NCBI GenBank assembly: GCA_032128875.1
Contig: JAVLKG010000004.1
Span: 192,001 to 256,000, forward strand
Direction of reading: 5' to 3'
Length of the DNA: 64,000 bases
Source: Candidatus Melainabacteria bacterium 17Bon1m
Lineage (GTDB): Bacteria > Cyanobacteriota > Vampirovibrionia > Obscuribacterales > Obscuribacteraceae
Positions 28,480 to 38,940 of this stretch are shown here, one piece after another. The notes under the pieces are model-generated. The model ran no database searches, was not told the DNA's origin, and saw only the letters and a list, made by a program, of their open reading frames with translations. Positions within the stretch are counted from its first letter, which is position 1. Each line of letters opens with the position of its first letter. The position numbers and the translations under genes are program-made.

Positions 28480-30502
28480 TTCGACCACACCTATGGCAAA
28501 TGGCAAGCCGATGTCTAAAACATCGATTGTTTTTTTCAAGGAGCTCAAAGAAGTGCTCCGAGATTATCGCACGCTGATTATGATGATTATCATCCCAACG
28601 CTGTTTTATCCGGCGATGTTGGTTTTTCCTGCGACGTTTGCAAAGCAGAGTATTGCAAAATTAGGTCAAAACACAGTCAAGGTTGGAATCGTTGGAGATT
28701 GTAAGCCGCTTGAGCAACATCTCGAGGCGGCAGAGCATTTGAAAGTTATACAACTAAGCGAGTCGGACTATCGAGAAAAACTCAAGTCAAACGAAGTCGA
28801 TGTCGCCGTCATGGTGCCCCCGGAATTCACCGAAGCAATCTCGAGAGATTACACCACTCAGCAGGATTTCTCCGATTTGAAGAAGGGTCCTGTGCCTGCT
28901 CTGAAGTTGGTATTGGACACTAACCGTGAAAAGGTTTTGTTCAGCATGTCCAATGTTTACGCAGCAATTGCCGAGTTTCAAGAAGAGTATATAAAAAATC
29001 GTTTGCGGGTGTTGGACATAGGAAATGCCTGGGAGCGTGAAACAAAAGTCAAATTCGATGATGTCTTGCCGAAGCAGTCAGAAACCGACAACATGCTGCC
29101 TCAGTTTGCGCCGTATCTGATGATACTCATGGTGTTGCTGGCGACAAGTTATCCGGCTATCGATTTGATTACTGGAGAGCGGCAGAGAGGCACTCTTGCT
29201 TTGCTTCTGGTGGCACCGGTTGAAAGACGTTCAATTATGTACGGCAAGATTATTGTCGTTGTACTTGTCGGCTTGCTGACCACAGTTCTTGGCGTCATCA
29301 GTATTGCCGCTACGTTGCAGTTTGGTCCGGTCAAAAGCACCGTTGTCGATGCGCATCCACAATTCGATTTTGGTTTGACTGCGTGGCTATTGGTGTTGTT
29401 TGTCATGATGCCTCTTGTAGTATTCATCAGTTCTCTTTCGGTATTTGTTGCAGCTCTCACGCGCACCTTTCAACAAGCTCAGGGATACTTGTTTCCGTTG
29501 CTTTTAGTGACGCTCTTTCTTGCTTCGGCGGCGCAAATTCCAGAGTTGGCTGACAATGCTTTTTTGAAGGTTGTTCCGATTGCTAATACGACTCTCTGTA
29601 TCAAACAGATTATTACGCGCCATCAGACCTGGCAGGGCATCCTCATAACATTCGTCAGCTCTACAATTGCAGCAATTCTCTTGGCTAGATCCGCCGCTGG
29701 TTTGTTGCAGCGTGAAGATTTGCTGCTTGGCGTTCAACTTTCACCTAAGAAAAAGATGGAGACTGGGTCTTACAGCAGAGAGCTGGTTATTTTTGGTGGT
29801 ATCGTCTTCTTCATGCTCTTCTATTTCGGGCAGCTTCTCTCTCTCTGGAATGTGATGGCTAGTTTGGTCATTACGCAGATTTTCCTGATTCTTTGTCCTG
29901 CACTCGCGTTTTTGCACTACACACGATCTCCGGTTTTGGAAACATTGAGTTTCAAAAAGCCATCACCACGCTACGTCATCGCAGCATTGGCGCTCGGCTT
30001 TGCGACCGTTGTAATTTCGATGCTAATACTGACCGTTCAAACAAAATTCTTGCCATATAGTGAAGCTTACGGTCGTCAGATGCAACTCATGTTGATGCCG
30101 CCGGGGCGTGAGCTCTGGCAAATAATTTTGGTGGCTGCTTTGATGCCTGCCATCTGCGAAGAGATTTTCTTTAGAGGTGTTTTGCAAGGTATCTTGCGCA
30201 AGAATCTGCCAAAGAAAAAACTGATTCTTGTAATCGGGCTGCTCTTCGGCGTTTTTCACTTAAGTATGTTCAGAATTCTTCCCACTGGCCTTCTGGGAGT
30301 TCTGCTGGCTTATCTCACTTTGGCTTCAGGTTCGATCTTTCCTTCGATGTGCTTGCACTTCATGCACAATGCATACTATTTGTGGTCGAGTTTTTACAAA
30401 GTAGATCTAGATTCGACTCTCTGTATTTCGCTAGCATTTGGAGGTTTAGTTGTGGCGGCTGTGGCACTTGGTTGGAAACCCGCACAAACAGAGGAGAAAT
30501 AA
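28472..30502 (+). CDS. NatB-like ABC permease fused to CPBP (Abi/CAAX) intramembrane metalloprotease
   Basis: FFKELKEVLRD, GERQRGTL permease motifs; C-terminal EEIFFRG, FGVFH, HFMHN CPBP motifs. Confidence 0.9.
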   Translation: MSSSTTPMANGKPMSKTSIVFFKELKEVLRDYRTLIMMIIIPTLFYPAMLVFPATFAKQSIAKLGQNTVKVGIVGDCKPLEQHLEAAEHLKVIQLSESDYREKLKSNEVDVAVMVPPEFTEAISRDYTTQQDFSDLKKGPVPALKLVLDTNREKVLFSMSNVYAAIAEFQEEYIKNRLRVLDIGNAWERETKVKFDDVLPKQSETDNMLPQFAPYLMILMVLLATSYPAIDLITGERQRGTLALLLVAPVERRSIMYGKIIVVVLVGLLTTVLGVISIAATLQFGPVKSTVVDAHPQFDFGLTAWLLVLFVMMPLVVFISSLSVFVAALTRTFQQAQGYLFPLLLVTLFLASAAQIPELADNAFLKVVPIANTTLCIKQIITRHQTWQGILITFVSSTIAAILLARSAAGLLQREDLLLGVQLSPKKKMETGSYSRELVIFGGIVFFMLFYFGQLLSLWNVMASLVITQIFLILCPALAFLHYTRSPVLETLSFKKPSPRYVIAALALGFATVVISMLILTVQTKFLPYSEAYGRQMQLMLMPPGRELWQIILVAALMPAICEEIFFRGVLQGILRKNLPKKKLILVIGLLFGVFHLSMFRILPTGLLGVLLAYLTLASGSIFPSMCLHFMHNAYYLWSSFYKVDLDSTLCISLAFGGLVVAAVALGWKPAQTEEK

Positions 30503-30503
30503 G

Positions 30504-31442
30504 ATGCGGTTTTCATTGATTGCGACTTTGCTTTCTCTATTTTTATTTTTGAAACCGAGTTACGCGGCAGACCCCGGTGCGCGGCCTCTTATTTTGAATT
30601 TCCCTGATAGCTATTCTCTAGGCGAACTTTACCTTGTAAAGCCTGACGCCGAGTCCCAAGACTCCGAACCTGGGACTACATCACACTCTCCTGCTCGTGG
30701 GAAGTTGCGATTTCCACCTGGAACACGCACGATTTTGAAGGTTAGTTATGACGGTGCCAAGCATATGTCTGATTTGGCTAAGCTTGATCCAGACGGACTG
30801 TTTGGAATCAACATGAAACGCCTGGAAGTCACAGATGATGATATGAAGTACGTTGCAAAGCTAACAGGACTAAAACACATTGAATTGGAAGGAACTGACA
30901 TTACATCAAAGGGCATCTTCAATCTCGAGCCTTTGAAAAATTTGCAATTCCTTGGCGCCGATAAGACGATGATTCGCGGCGATGCAATGAAGTCGATTGC
31001 GAAGCATCCAATCATGGAAAATCTAGTTATTGGCCATAATGATTTGGATGATGACAATTTGAAATATTTGGTCGCTTTGAAGAAGGTAACCAATTTACAA
31101 GTCGACAATATTCACTTGAGCAATAAGGGGCTTGCACATGTGCTCAAGCTTCCGGAGCTTACTGTTCTCAAAATTTCCGGCAATAATCGAATATCTGATG
31201 CATCGATTCAAATGATGCAAAAATGCAAAATCAAATCTCTCAACGTGCAGAGCACCGGCGTTGGGCCTGGCAGTTTGCCCTACTTTCAAAAGTTGACCAG
31301 GCTTAGGCATTTGAAAGTCGAGGGCAGAAATTTTTCACCCGAGCAACAGCGTGAGTTTAGGAAAAAACTACAGCACGTAAAAGTTCAATTTGATGGAAAA
31401 GCCAAAGACATCCCGCGAGAAATCTTCGATCCATTGCACTAA
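30504..31442 (+). CDS. Secreted leucine-rich repeat protein
   Basis: GAGGAG RBS; signal peptide; 24-aa LRRs (LKHIELEGTDIT, LTVLKISGNNRIS). Confidence 0.85.
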   Translation: MRFSLIATLLSLFLFLKPSYAADPGARPLILNFPDSYSLGELYLVKPDAESQDSEPGTTSHSPARGKLRFPPGTRTILKVSYDGAKHMSDLAKLDPDGLFGINMKRLEVTDDDMKYVAKLTGLKHIELEGTDITSKGIFNLEPLKNLQFLGADKTMIRGDAMKSIAKHPIMENLVIGHNDLDDDNLKYLVALKKVTNLQVDNIHLSNKGLAHVLKLPELTVLKISGNNRISDASIQMMQKCKIKSLNVQSTGVGPGSLPYFQKLTRLRHLKVEGRNFSPEQQREFRKKLQHVKVQFDGKAKDIPREIFDPLH

Positions 31443-32926
31443 GGTTCTTTACTGCTGAAATTCAAAACTTGAGGCGGCGTCGCGTCCGGCGGGTAGAAGA
31501 GCGAAATTCGAATTGTCCTTCTGCCTTTGGGTTTCATGACAATATTTAAGAGTTCGCGGGATTTGGTGCCGCGAGTTTGAACCAGGTGGACGTAATCTTT
31601 TGCATTCTCGCCTTTGTCGGAAAGATATTGAGCAAGAATAGTTCCTCTGAAAAATGTGTTTTTTGCAGGCGGGTCAAAGTAAGTCAAATTTTCTTTTGGA
31701 TCTTCGGTCTTAAGCGGAGTATCCAGAGAGACGGAAACTTTCACCTTGGATTTCGATGAGTTGTACAGTGGAAATTGAAGTCTGTATTCGACTGCATAGT
31801 TGCCGTGAGCCGCGTATGCGGTGTCTGCATATCGCACGGCAAGTGGAGCGCTCTGAACCTGACCGGTGCCGAAAGTACCGCGCTCTAAAGAACAGAGTGG
31901 AAAGGCAATGGACTTTCCAATTTCGGGAATGGTGAGACGAGTGATATTTCTCTCGCCATCAGTGGCGGTGCCAGTCCATTTGCACCCGATTTGCACTCCG
32001 GCCACTCGACCATAAATTAGTGGTCCTTTGGCACCAGGAACGCTTGGTGTTTTGTCTCGCTCGTCGGATACGGTATGTGTTTCTGCAATCTCTACAAAAC
32101 GCTCTAAAGATGGAGGCTCCACGCTGCGGCTATTTTCTGTTTGTATAAATTCTGCAACTTCTGCCAGGTAAATCTTTCTGCTCGATGTAAGTTCCAGAAG
32201 AGTACTTCGTCCATTGCTTTGAGACACTATTCCACGCACTTGCAAAGGCAGTGCATAGATGACCGCATATCCTTTTGAAGGAACGGTGATCTTGGAGGGC
32301 CAGCCGGTTTGGTGGTCCCCACGCAGAAAGTCGTTGGTGATTCTGTCTCCCGGACCGGCGTAGACATTCCCATCGTTATTGTCAGAGATTGCAGGCAGTT
32401 TTATAAATGGTGCGTCTGGTTGGCTCACATAACTCGCTGCATTCAAAATACGCACAGTTGCATCGTTATCTTCGGGATTGTAGGCAATCAAGCCGAGGTA
32501 TAAAACGCGATCTTGTTTTGGATTGTTGTTGATGTGATGAGTGAAAATTCGAAAACGTCCTTTGAGCGGATAATCAAGATGCGCGTCAGGATATCTCTTG
32601 CCTTCTTTTGGCAGAAGGGACAGCAGAACTCCGCTGGTTCTTACAACTTCTGGACTGTTGCTGTTAAACATGGGCACCGTCCCGAGTGAGCCAGGCAGCG
32701 CGCGCACTTCAGTGTCCATAAGTACTTTGTTTTCTTTAACTTCTACTGCGCCGGCCATGTTAGCTCCTGAGCCGATACCGAGCACGGATGTGATTGCGAT
32801 GAGTGAATACGATAGTAATGCTTTGAATATGCGCTTGCGCGTTGTCCCTCGCACAGCGGCGAGTAAGTTGGCTTCTCGCGTGCGAATTGATGAGACTTCT
32901 TGCTTGATTGGCGTGACTTTTAGCAT
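31439..32926 (-). CDS. DUF3370-family secreted protein
   Basis: VRALPGSL..PMFNSNSPEVV, SQPDAPF, GPGDR, GTFGTGQVQSA, AHGNYAVEY, YPPDATPPQVL. The start may lie downstream of 32926. Confidence 0.85.
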   Translation of the reverse strand: MLKVTPIKQEVSSIRTREANLLAAVRGTTRKRIFKALLSYSLIAITSVLGIGSGANMAGAVEVKENKVLMDTEVRALPGSLGTVPMFNSNSPEVVRTSGVLLSLLPKEGKRYPDAHLDYPLKGRFRIFTHHINNNPKQDRVLYLGLIAYNPEDNDATVRILNAASYVSQPDAPFIKLPAISDNNDGNVYAGPGDRITNDFLRGDHQTGWPSKITVPSKGYAVIYALPLQVRGIVSQSNGRSTLLELTSSRKIYLAEVAEFIQTENSRSVEPPSLERFVEIAETHTVSDERDKTPSVPGAKGPLIYGRVAGVQIGCKWTGTATDGERNITRLTIPEIGKSIAFPLCSLERGTFGTGQVQSAPLAVRYADTAYAAHGNYAVEYRLQFPLYNSSKSKVKVSVSLDTPLKTEDPKENLTYFDPPAKNTFFRGTILAQYLSDKGENAKDYVHLVQTRGTKSRELLNIVMKPKGRRTIRISLFYPPDATPPQVLNFSSKEP

Positions 32927-32950
32927 CTACCTTATGTTATCTTGGCTCTT

Positions 32951-33703
32951 ATGTCTGATCTAGTACTAGAAGTAAAAAATCTACGCAAAGAATACGGCAA
33001 GAAAGTTGCTGTAGAAGATGTCTCCTTTGTTGCAAACCGCGCAGAAGTTGTCGGCCTATTAGGACCGAACGGCGCGGGTAAAACCACGGCAATCCAAATT
33101 CTGCTCGGGTTGGTTACGCCTACATCCGGCACAGTCAATATCTTCGGCATGGCCATACAGAAAGAGCGCGTGAAAATTTTGCAGCGCTGCAATTTTTCGT
33201 CTGCCTACATTTGGCTGCCGGATAATTTGAAAGTTCGTGAGAATCTCAATGTATTTGCGTCTCTTTATCAGGTAAAAAACCCTAAGAAGAAAATTGACGA
33301 ATTGCTGCAGATGTTCGAAATCTCGCATTTAGCTAATACTCTTACAGGCAAGCTCTCATCGGGTGAATCTACAAGGCTCAATCTGTGCAAGTCTTTGCTC
33401 AACGATCCTGAGATGCTCATGCTGGACGAGCCGACTGCAAGTCTTGATCCTGACATTGCCGACAAGGTTCGCAAGCTTATTGTCAAAATTCAAAAAGAGA
33501 AGAACATGACCGTTCTCTACACTTCGCACAACATGAAAGACGTGCAGGAAATGTGCAATCGAGTTGTTTTTATGCAGCTTGGCAAAGTGCGAGCAGAGGG
33601 TACACCGAATCAAATTTTGGAGCAGTTTAATCAGAAGTCTTTGGAGGATGTTTTCATCAGCATTGCGCGTGGCGGCGATATAGTGGAGAAAGAGGAAGAA
33701 TGA
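32951..33703 (+). CDS. ABC transporter ATP-binding protein
   Basis: GPNGAGKTT, LSSGE, LDEPTASLDP, TSH. Confidence 0.95.
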   Translation: MSDLVLEVKNLRKEYGKKVAVEDVSFVANRAEVVGLLGPNGAGKTTAIQILLGLVTPTSGTVNIFGMAIQKERVKILQRCNFSSAYIWLPDNLKVRENLNVFASLYQVKNPKKKIDELLQMFEISHLANTLTGKLSSGESTRLNLCKSLLNDPEMLMLDEPTASLDPDIADKVRKLIVKIQKEKNMTVLYTSHNMKDVQEMCNRVVFMQLGKVRAEGTPNQILEQFNQKSLEDVFISIARGGDIVEKEEE

Positions 33704-34491
33704 GCATCGCCAGAATCAAAGGACTTCTCCTTCGCTATTACTATTGTTATTCCAGAAGCACATTTAGAATTCTGGACATTGTATTTTGGCCCGTGATGGA
33801 TCTGCTTGTCTGGGGCTTCCTGACGATGTACATGCTCAAGGTGAATGGCTCGGTGCCGGGCGTTTTTACGTTCCTTATCGGTTCGGTGATCATGTGGAAT
33901 GTACTCTATCGCGCGCAACAAGCTGTTAGCGTGTCTTTCCTTGAAGATGTTTGGTCACGCAACTTTATCAATATCTTTGTTGCACCGGTCAGAACATTCG
34001 AGTTTGTCGCCGCAACTTGCATATCTGGGCTTTTGCAGTCTGTCTGCGTTTCGCTGATCATGATCCCGCTGGCATACTGGTTTTATCAATACAATTTCGG
34101 CATGCTCGGATATTGCATGATTCCATTTTTTATCAATCTGCTATTGATGGGCTGGACCATCGGGTTAGTAACAACGGCTGTGATCATTCGATGGGGACAT
34201 CAGGCAGAAGCGCTTGCTTGGGCAATTCCCTTTCTCATCCAGCCGATTTGTTGCGTTTTTTACCCAGTTGATGTGCTTCCGGCATGGCTGCGTGCGATTT
34301 CACTGTGTGTGCCTGCCACATACGTGTTTGAAGGAATGCGAACAGTTCTCAAAGGCGGCAGCTTTGCCGCCAAAGACCTGGCGATGAGTGTTGTCCTTAA
34401 TATCGTCTATGCCTTGCTCGCCGCGTTTCTCTTTGAATATTTATTCAATGAAGCAAGGAAGAACGGCAAGCTCACCAAGATGAATACTTAG
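33700..34491 (+). CDS. ABC-2 transporter permease
   Basis: Six TMs; FLEDVWSRNFINIF, VFYPVDVLP, VFEGMR; 4-bp overlap with the ATPase. Confidence 0.92.
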   Translation: MSIARIKGLLLRYYYCYSRSTFRILDIVFWPVMDLLVWGFLTMYMLKVNGSVPGVFTFLIGSVIMWNVLYRAQQAVSVSFLEDVWSRNFINIFVAPVRTFEFVAATCISGLLQSVCVSLIMIPLAYWFYQYNFGMLGYCMIPFFINLLLMGWTIGLVTTAVIIRWGHQAEALAWAIPFLIQPICCVFYPVDVLPAWLRAISLCVPATYVFEGMRTVLKGGSFAAKDLAMSVVLNIVYALLAAFLFEYLFNEARKNGKLTKMNT

Positions 34492-34496
34492 CAAAC

Positions 34497-35792
34497 CTAC
34501 TTCTTGAGTATGTCGTTGAGCTCTTTGGTGAAGCTCTCCTTCAAATCAGGTGAAAAGCCGATGTGTACTTCCGCTACGTTGCCATCTTTTCCGACGATAA
34601 CTGTTTGCGGAATGCCGCGCACTTGATACATCTCAGCGACCTTTCCTTCGCTGTCGAGTCCGACGGAAACCTTCAAATTCTTCTTTTCGAGGAATTCTTT
34701 GATTTGAGCTGGTGTCTCTTGAATGTTGACTGCGAGGAAAACAACATCTTTGTCCTTGAGTGAGCTGGTCACTTCAGTAATGATCGGCAATGCCATTGTG
34801 CATGGACCGCACCATGTCGCCCAGAAATCTAGTACCACCACCTTGCCTTTCTGTGCAGCAAGATTGAACTTAGCGCCGTCTACTGTTTCTAGGTCAAAGG
34901 AAGGAGCCGGTTTGTTGACCAGTGGGTGGACAGCCGGCTGCGCCGATTTCTCTTCCAAGAAGCTTTTCACTTCCTGTGCGCCTTCTGGTTTTGCAAACGT
35001 CAGAAGCTGCGCAGTTGGTTCTACATTTGCTTGTGAATCGGTGTAGCTGCAAGTGAGAACGGCAGTTACGCCCTCAGGAGCGCCAGGCTTGTTAGCCAAA
35101 ATTTTGGACATGTCGGCAGTGACTTTTTGAATCCAAGGCTCTTTGCCCTGGCGAACCCACATGTCCCAGGTGAAATCTTTTTGCGTAAAACGCATGTGGT
35201 CGCAATCGTTGTCGCCGACCTTCTCTACGCCGATATGTTCGACCTTGAGCACATCAGCCATGATCTGTTTGTAGGGATCGGGAGTACACATAGACTCGAT
35301 CAAAGACATGCTGCTGAAGCCGCCTCCCACGATTTGATAATCAATCGTGTCGAATATTTGGCTGAGATTCTCCGGCGCCGGCATGCTCATGTATTTGTTG
35401 AGCACGGGGGTGTAGAGATAAGCGGTTTTGCCGTCGCAGATCATTTGACCGCCCATTTTGCCGCTTTCAAGTTTGAGGTAAAACTTGTTGGGGCGGCCGA
35501 AGGACACCTTGAATACCGAAGTCATCGCGGTTTGCTTATCTGCTGCGGATATTTTCATCTCTGTTGACATGGTTTGGGTGAAACCCTTCATGTCTTTGTA
35601 AAACGTGCCAACGCCTTTCATTATCTGGCTCGACTTTGCATCTATCTGTGTCGCTGGAGCTGCCGAAGGTGCAGAATCCTTGGCTGGAGCCGCAGCATAA
35701 GCTGGGCTTGTCAGGACGCCTGCTGGCGCTGAGGCGGCTAGAAGGCAGACCAGAGCACCGTTAAGGAGATTTTTGGATTTGGCAGTATTCAT
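34497..35792 (-). CDS. Secreted DUF2092/LolA-like domain fused to TlpA-family thiol-disulfide oxidoreductase
   Basis: Signal peptide; RPNKF, WDMWV LolA-like region; VVVLDFWATWCGPC and YQVRGIP thioredoxin motifs. Confidence 0.88.
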   Translation of the reverse strand: MNTAKSKNLLNGALVCLLAASAPAGVLTSPAYAAAPAKDSAPSAAPATQIDAKSSQIMKGVGTFYKDMKGFTQTMSTEMKISAADKQTAMTSVFKVSFGRPNKFYLKLESGKMGGQMICDGKTAYLYTPVLNKYMSMPAPENLSQIFDTIDYQIVGGGFSSMSLIESMCTPDPYKQIMADVLKVEHIGVEKVGDNDCDHMRFTQKDFTWDMWVRQGKEPWIQKVTADMSKILANKPGAPEGVTAVLTCSYTDSQANVEPTAQLLTFAKPEGAQEVKSFLEEKSAQPAVHPLVNKPAPSFDLETVDGAKFNLAAQKGKVVVLDFWATWCGPCTMALPIITEVTSSLKDKDVVFLAVNIQETPAQIKEFLEKKNLKVSVGLDSEGKVAEMYQVRGIPQTVIVGKDGNVAEVHIGFSPDLKESFTKELNDILKK

Positions 35793-35871
35793 TTAAAAGA
35801 CCGGGTCAGGGAAGGCAAAGGCCACATAGAATGGCAATTGTAATAGATCCTTCGCGCCTCGTCCTGTTTTG

Positions 35872-38800
35872 CTATTTACCGCGTGACTCTTTATCAGTAC
35901 TGAGTTTTTGTATTGCTTCCGTCTCTAGCTTCTGGTCTGACTTCTCTACTGGAGCGGCTTTCTGGGTTTCTTTCTTGAGCGGATCTAACGCCTCGATTTC
36001 ACCTCTCATGCGAGCGAAATTGGTGCGTTTCTTGTCCTCTTCGGTAATCCAATAAATGATGCGCTTCGCCACGTCATTAGGGTTCTTTTCCAGCGAGCTA
36101 CGCGCCCATGAATATGCGGCAGTCAAATCGCCAAACTTCGTTGCTTCAATAGCGACTCTTGCCATGATTGCTGCGATCTTGTCCTTGGGCAAGTTTCCCC
36201 AGTCCGTATAGCCGGACGGTGTCCCCATGTTTTCCGACAACATGACGCCATTTGAATGTGCAAATGTCATCGATTCATAAGTGCGTCCGATTCTATATTC
36301 CAGAATGTTCAAATCATCGGTATTTGGCTTCGCTTCCTTTGCACAGTAGGTGATGCCGCTGGGTGTCATGGCCATGCGTGAAAGTACCGCTTCCGGTGAG
36401 GTTATCTGTGCTTTGTCGAGCGCGCGAACTATGTAGGGGTTTTCGAATACTTCTTGCAACGCCTTATAGTCTGCGCGAATTGGAGTTTGACTGGCCAAAA
36501 CAACAAGATTGGTCGAATCGGAACATAAGGCCAAGCAGTAGTCAAAATTTCGATCGAGCGCAGCCAGGACAGACTTCACCGAATCCGGTGAAACTTCTGC
36601 TAATTGAAGCCAGAGGCTGAGCACCCCATCTGGTGTCAGTCTGTCTTTGACAGTTTTGAAGTACTCCTGTGTGAAAAGGTTGCAGACACCGACTTGCCAT
36701 GGATTTGACGGTTCGGATACGATGATGTCGTATTTCTGAGTGGTCGCAAGCAAGAAGTTGCGGCCATCGTTGATTTCCACTTTTACGCGGGGATTTTTTT
36801 CCGGCTCATTTGTATATTTATTGAAGACTTTTGCCGCCTCAATTACCGCAGGTTCTAACTCAACGGCGGTCACGCTGGTGATTGGGAAGTTCAAAAGCTC
36901 GCTAATAGTAACGCCCGAGCCCCAGCCAATTACACAAGCTCTGCGCGCATTCGGGCGGAATAGCATAGGATAGCTAGCAAGCAAGACTTGTTGCGACATA
37001 TCTGCTCCGTCGCTGGCATCCACACAACCATTGGTCAAAAGAGAGTAATTACCAATCTTGTCACCGTCTGCAAACCTGAGAACTGCAACGTTAGAACAAG
37101 GACCATCTTTGTAGAAGACGAGTTTTGTCCGATCTATGGAAGATCTCCAAGGACTGTCTTTTTTGAAAACGTCATAGCCGTCTCTCATCGCTCTGCGCGC
37201 GGATTGTGCAACGAGGAGCTGTTTTCTATCCTCAGCCGAATTTGGATTGGCTATGAAACCAATAAAGACCAATGCGCCGAAGATAACATAGGTCATCTTA
37301 TGAGAAAGTTTTGCATCGCTCTGGGCGAAAACCATGATGGTCCCCACAACCATGTTTACGCCGGTGGCGATTAGCAGCGTCTTTTCTACCCCAAATTGTG
37401 GTATCAGAACAAAACCCGCGACAACCGAGCCAATGATCGCGCCCATAGTGTTGGCACTGTATACGGTGCCTACCGAGCTGGCAATGTGCTTAATATCGGA
37501 TGTGGTGCATTTGATTACGATTGGAAACAGCGCACCGAGAAAGAGCGTGAGAGGCAGCAAAATTGCCTCTGCCAGGAGAAAACGAATCCACACTGAAAAT
37601 GCGGCATTGGGGAAAAGCGCATTGAGTTGCAGGTTCCACATTGGCAATTGTCTACATAAAAAAATAGATACGATGCAGCCAATGCCTACATATATTTGAA
37701 TCGCACCGAAAGCCAGAAATGGTTGCTTGAATTTGTCGACAACTTTCGCGCAGAAAATACTGCCCAAGAAGATTCCTGAAAGGAAGGTCGAGAGCATGAC
37801 TGTGAATGCATATGTGCTGCCACCAATAACCAGTGACAGCGTGCGTGTCCAGCAGACTTCGTAGATCATGGCGGCGGCGCCGGAGATGGCTATTGCAGCC
37901 AGGGCTAAATACACCTGACTTGGCACCTTGGCAGCAACTGCAACGGGTGGAGTTTCTACTTTCTGTTCACTTTGCTCGGCAACGCTAGCTGCTACTGTCT
38001 GCGTTTTTTCTGTTGCTTCATCTCGAATCGTTTCGGGCTGCAATTCTGCCGCAGAGGATGCAGTAGAAGCTGCCGCTGCTATCTTGTGTTTCCCTTTCTT
38101 CTTTTTCTTCTTTGATTTTGATGTTTCGGCACTAGAAGCTTCTGAGTCAGTTTTTCGTTCTTCAAAAGCTTCGGAGCTCCGGGAATTGTCAGCGGCTTTG
38201 GCTTGCTCCTTTTTTGCCTTCTCTTTTGCATTTTCGAGTGCTGTTTTTTGCAGTTTGTTTCTCTCTCGGCGCTCGATGTTCAATGAGACAAATAAAACTA
38301 TGAGGCATAAAACAAAGTTGACGCCTGCGGCAATTAGTGTCGTGTTGGATAGACCAATTCCGGGAAGAAGTATCAGACCTGATTGGGCTGCACCACATAC
38401 GGCGCCTAAAGTATTTACGGCATAGACTGTGCCCACTCTGTCACCAACTGTCGCTAGACTGTCGGTTACGAACTTGGATAGCAGCGGCAAAGTGGCGCCC
38501 ATCAAGGTCGTTGGCAGGAGTAGGATAACCGCTGCCAGAGCCAATCTTAACAAGCTGAAGGAAAAGAAGTCGAAATGGGTTAATTCCCAGATGACTCTAT
38601 AACTTGATATTGATATGTCTAGAAGAAATGGAACGGCAAGTGCCCAGGCACCGATGATTCCTTCTAATATGCCGTACCAGAGAAACGGGCGCTCAACCTT
38701 GTCGGCGACACGTCCGGCAAAATAGCTGCCCAGCGCCAGCCCGCCCATGAAAACAGCAAGCACCGTCGACGTTGCCAGTGTTGTAGAGCCGAAAATGAGC

Positions 38801-38922
38801 ACCAAGTGTCTGGTCCAAACAACCTGATAAATGAGGCTGCTGAACCCAGATGCAAAGAAGAGCGCAAGGACGAGCAAGAACATTTCTCTATGAAATGACT
38901 TGGACTCGCTCAGTGCGCTCAT
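35872..38922 (-). CDS. Fused membrane (MFS-like) / spermidine synthase domain protein
   Basis: Two duplicated TM halves (SLIYQVVWTR / AMIYEVCWTR); VIGWGSG, VELEP, DGR, DIIVSEPSNPW. Confidence 0.9.
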   Translation of the reverse strand: MSALSESKSFHREMFLLVLALFFASGFSSLIYQVVWTRHLVLIFGSTTLATSTVLAVFMGGLALGSYFAGRVADKVERPFLWYGILEGIIGAWALAVPFLLDISISSYRVIWELTHFDFFSFSLLRLALAAVILLLPTTLMGATLPLLSKFVTDSLATVGDRVGTVYAVNTLGAVCGAAQSGLILLPGIGLSNTTLIAAGVNFVLCLIVLFVSLNIERRERNKLQKTALENAKEKAKKEQAKAADNSRSSEAFEERKTDSEASSAETSKSKKKKKKGKHKIAAAASTASSAAELQPETIRDEATEKTQTVAASVAEQSEQKVETPPVAVAAKVPSQVYLALAAIAISGAAAMIYEVCWTRTLSLVIGGSTYAFTVMLSTFLSGIFLGSIFCAKVVDKFKQPFLAFGAIQIYVGIGCIVSIFLCRQLPMWNLQLNALFPNAAFSVWIRFLLAEAILLPLTLFLGALFPIVIKCTTSDIKHIASSVGTVYSANTMGAIIGSVVAGFVLIPQFGVEKTLLIATGVNMVVGTIMVFAQSDAKLSHKMTYVIFGALVFIGFIANPNSAEDRKQLLVAQSARRAMRDGYDVFKKDSPWRSSIDRTKLVFYKDGPCSNVAVLRFADGDKIGNYSLLTNGCVDASDGADMSQQVLLASYPMLFRPNARRACVIGWGSGVTISELLNFPITSVTAVELEPAVIEAAKVFNKYTNEPEKNPRVKVEINDGRNFLLATTQKYDIIVSEPSNPWQVGVCNLFTQEYFKTVKDRLTPDGVLSLWLQLAEVSPDSVKSVLAALDRNFDYCLALCSDSTNLVVLASQTPIRADYKALQEVFENPYIVRALDKAQITSPEAVLSRMAMTPSGITYCAKEAKPNTDDLNILEYRIGRTYESMTFAHSNGVMLSENMGTPSGYTDWGNLPKDKIAAIMARVAIEATKFGDLTAAYSWARSSLEKNPNDVAKRIIYWITEEDKKRTNFARMRGEIEALDPLKKETQKAAPVEKSDQKLETEAIQKLSTDKESRGK

Positions 38923-38940
38923 CCCGTAATTGTAACTTGA

